From positions 71,488,001-71,552,000 of the forward strand of contig CM052816.1 of the NCBI GenBank assembly GCA_028534125.1: a stretch of DNA of 64,000 nucleotides. Direction: 5' to 3'. A program made the translations under genes and the position numbers. The notes under the pieces were generated by a model. The model was not told where the DNA came from and did no database searches. It saw only the letters and a list, made by a program, of their open reading frames with translations. Positions 62,200 to 64,000 of this stretch are shown piece after piece (position 1 is the stretch's first letter; the number at the start of each line of letters is the position of its first letter). The DNA comes from Lama glama (lineage: Eukaryota).

Positions 62200-62510
62200 C
62201 AGTGTGACAAAACCTGTCATAATTACTTTATTTTATCATTGTCTCCAAGTCTGCCTTTCTTTAGAGTTAACCTTCCCACATATAATTGTCTACATAAAAG
62301 CTTCTCATAAAATATTTCTTTATATAACTGGAAGCCTACCATCATTCTTTTGCCTTAAGAACACTTGCCCTGCATTTCTTTGCCTGAGGTCTATTTTTTC
62401 CCTAGGAACCAGGTGCTACCTTCAAATCTTTATTACACTTCTGTATCACTGAAACCACGCACTGAACTGTGCCCATCTACATTCAGGTTCTGGAATGTCT
62501 CTAAATTAAG
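62200..62510 (+). mobile_element. Decayed L2 3' fragment
   Basis: ATTACTTTATTTTATCATTGTCTCCAAGTCTGCCTTTC...CTTCTGTATCACTGAAACCACGCACTGAACTGTGCCCAT. Confidence 0.45.
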
Positions 62511-64000
62511 GACAAGTATGAGCTCTGGTTTTGCCAGGTCTCAAGATTTGAGGGGAGAAATGGTTATGTCAGGGTTAAAAATAAACAAAAAAAAAGAGTA
62601 AAACTTAGCCTGGAATTTTATTTCAGCTGAAAAGTTATTCTTGATGTTTTCCAACTAGTCTGTCCATTGAAAACACGTACTTTTTTTTTTCTAATTTTCT
62701 TGAGCAATAATGTCCTTTCTTTCTGAAGATGATGACCTGATACTTCTGCTCCATGATATTCCTGGAACTTTCTTGTTCCTCCTGGAAACCCGTGTCATTC
62801 ATTCTGTCTCTCATAGGCTGGATGCATCTTAATTGTTAAAAGGTCTTCAAAAATTGATTTATGTTTTCATTATGGAAATATTTCTTGTGGTTTGAGTGGA
62901 AAATATAATAACTGTGATGTGAAGGAAAGGGACAAGGGAGTCTAAGAAAAGGAATAAAAATTAGTTTAATGTAACATCTTTCTTCTCTACGGTCATTTAT
63001 TTTATAATGTATCTTATTTGCATCTATTTCCAGGAAAACAAGGTTATCATCCTCCGTGGCTTTTAGTTGTTTCTAATTGCTATGGCCACCTGAGGTAGGG
63101 GTGAGGGGTGCAGTTCCCGGTGAAGGGAGGAGCAATGAATTGAAAATTGTTTTTTAAATGACATTTAGTTCCTGTCTAGCTTTAGTTCCTGAAATCCAAA
63201 TTCTTATTGTCTAAATCTTTTGTTAATATCTGAGGTAGGAATGAAAACTTCTTTTGGAATCCAAAAGTACAATTTCTTATGTAAATCTATTTTTAGCAAT
63301 ACTCAGAAGTGTTTAAGACTTTCTGTGTGATATTAAACCCCATGATCATAAACAGACTTCTGGCAACTCACCCATATATGACTGCTACTGCTTGAGGTTT
63401 TGACTGAACTGAAAGTAATAACTGAAGGCTTTGACATCTTATTGATAGAGACTAAGACCAAAAGTCTAGCCCAAATCCCAAGGGGGCAAAAGGCTAAAAA
63501 ATGGCTATTTTCCTCCATTGCTTTCCAGTTGAAGATGAGGGAGATTTTTAGATCGTCTGACTCAACAGAACGGTGATTTTTCTACTCTACCACAAAGTTT
63601 TTGCATTTTAGACATTTAAATATTTACCAAGATAATTAAAGTAGCTTTTCAACTAGGTTGCCTTCTCCTGATCGCCCCCTTTTATACTTCATTTTACAGA
63701 TGACTTCTGGATTAATAGTCCTAAACATTAAATTGATCATGACACTCTCTTTAATAATATAATAATATAATCTTTCAATAATACACTAGCGTCAAGAGAA
63801 ACATACTTCATTCCTAGTAGAACACTCTGTCTCAGAGACTTGTTCACATCTGCTTCCTCTGTGATGCCTTCCTTGGCCTGACCAGCTCACAGAGACATGT
63901 CCTCAGGATTTAACCTAATCCCAAACAAATTTTAATTCAGTAATGGATAAAAAAACATTTTTAGAAACTATGATAATACTTTGTATGTTATTGTGATTAT

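Noticed and set aside
1..64000. CRISPR arrays, operons, or other prokaryotic or viral systems
   Set aside because: I saw no regularly spaced repeats, gene-dense segment or compositionally foreign insert. The window reads as mammalian non-coding DNA throughout.

Overview
AT-rich, CpG-depleted mammalian intronic or intergenic DNA. Three tRNA-derived SINEs with the head GGGGAGGGTATAGCTCAGTGGTAGAGC, plus a young artiodactyl-type L1 3' end, suggest a camelid genome (inference). Much of the window is decayed interspersed repeats: L1M-family LINEs, L2, MIR, and DNA-transposon relics (MER58A, MER63, Tigger2-type, MER5-group), several of them nested. Repeat family names and boundaries come from recalled consensus sequences and are approximate. 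I recognise no known protein-coding gene, RNA gene, CRISPR array or prokaryotic system. The ORFs in the track are chance ORFs or L1 ORF1/ORF2 remnants. Two kinds of unexplained sequence are most interesting. First, repeat-poor, motif-dense blocks that look like conserved developmental enhancers (about 20.6-22.6 kb and 37.7-38.9 kb). Second, a GC-richer island at 61.4-61.8 kb with splice signals on both strands, which could form a spliced minus-strand transcript with an exon at 63.4-63.5 kb. All of these are hypotheses that need alignment or RNA-seq data.
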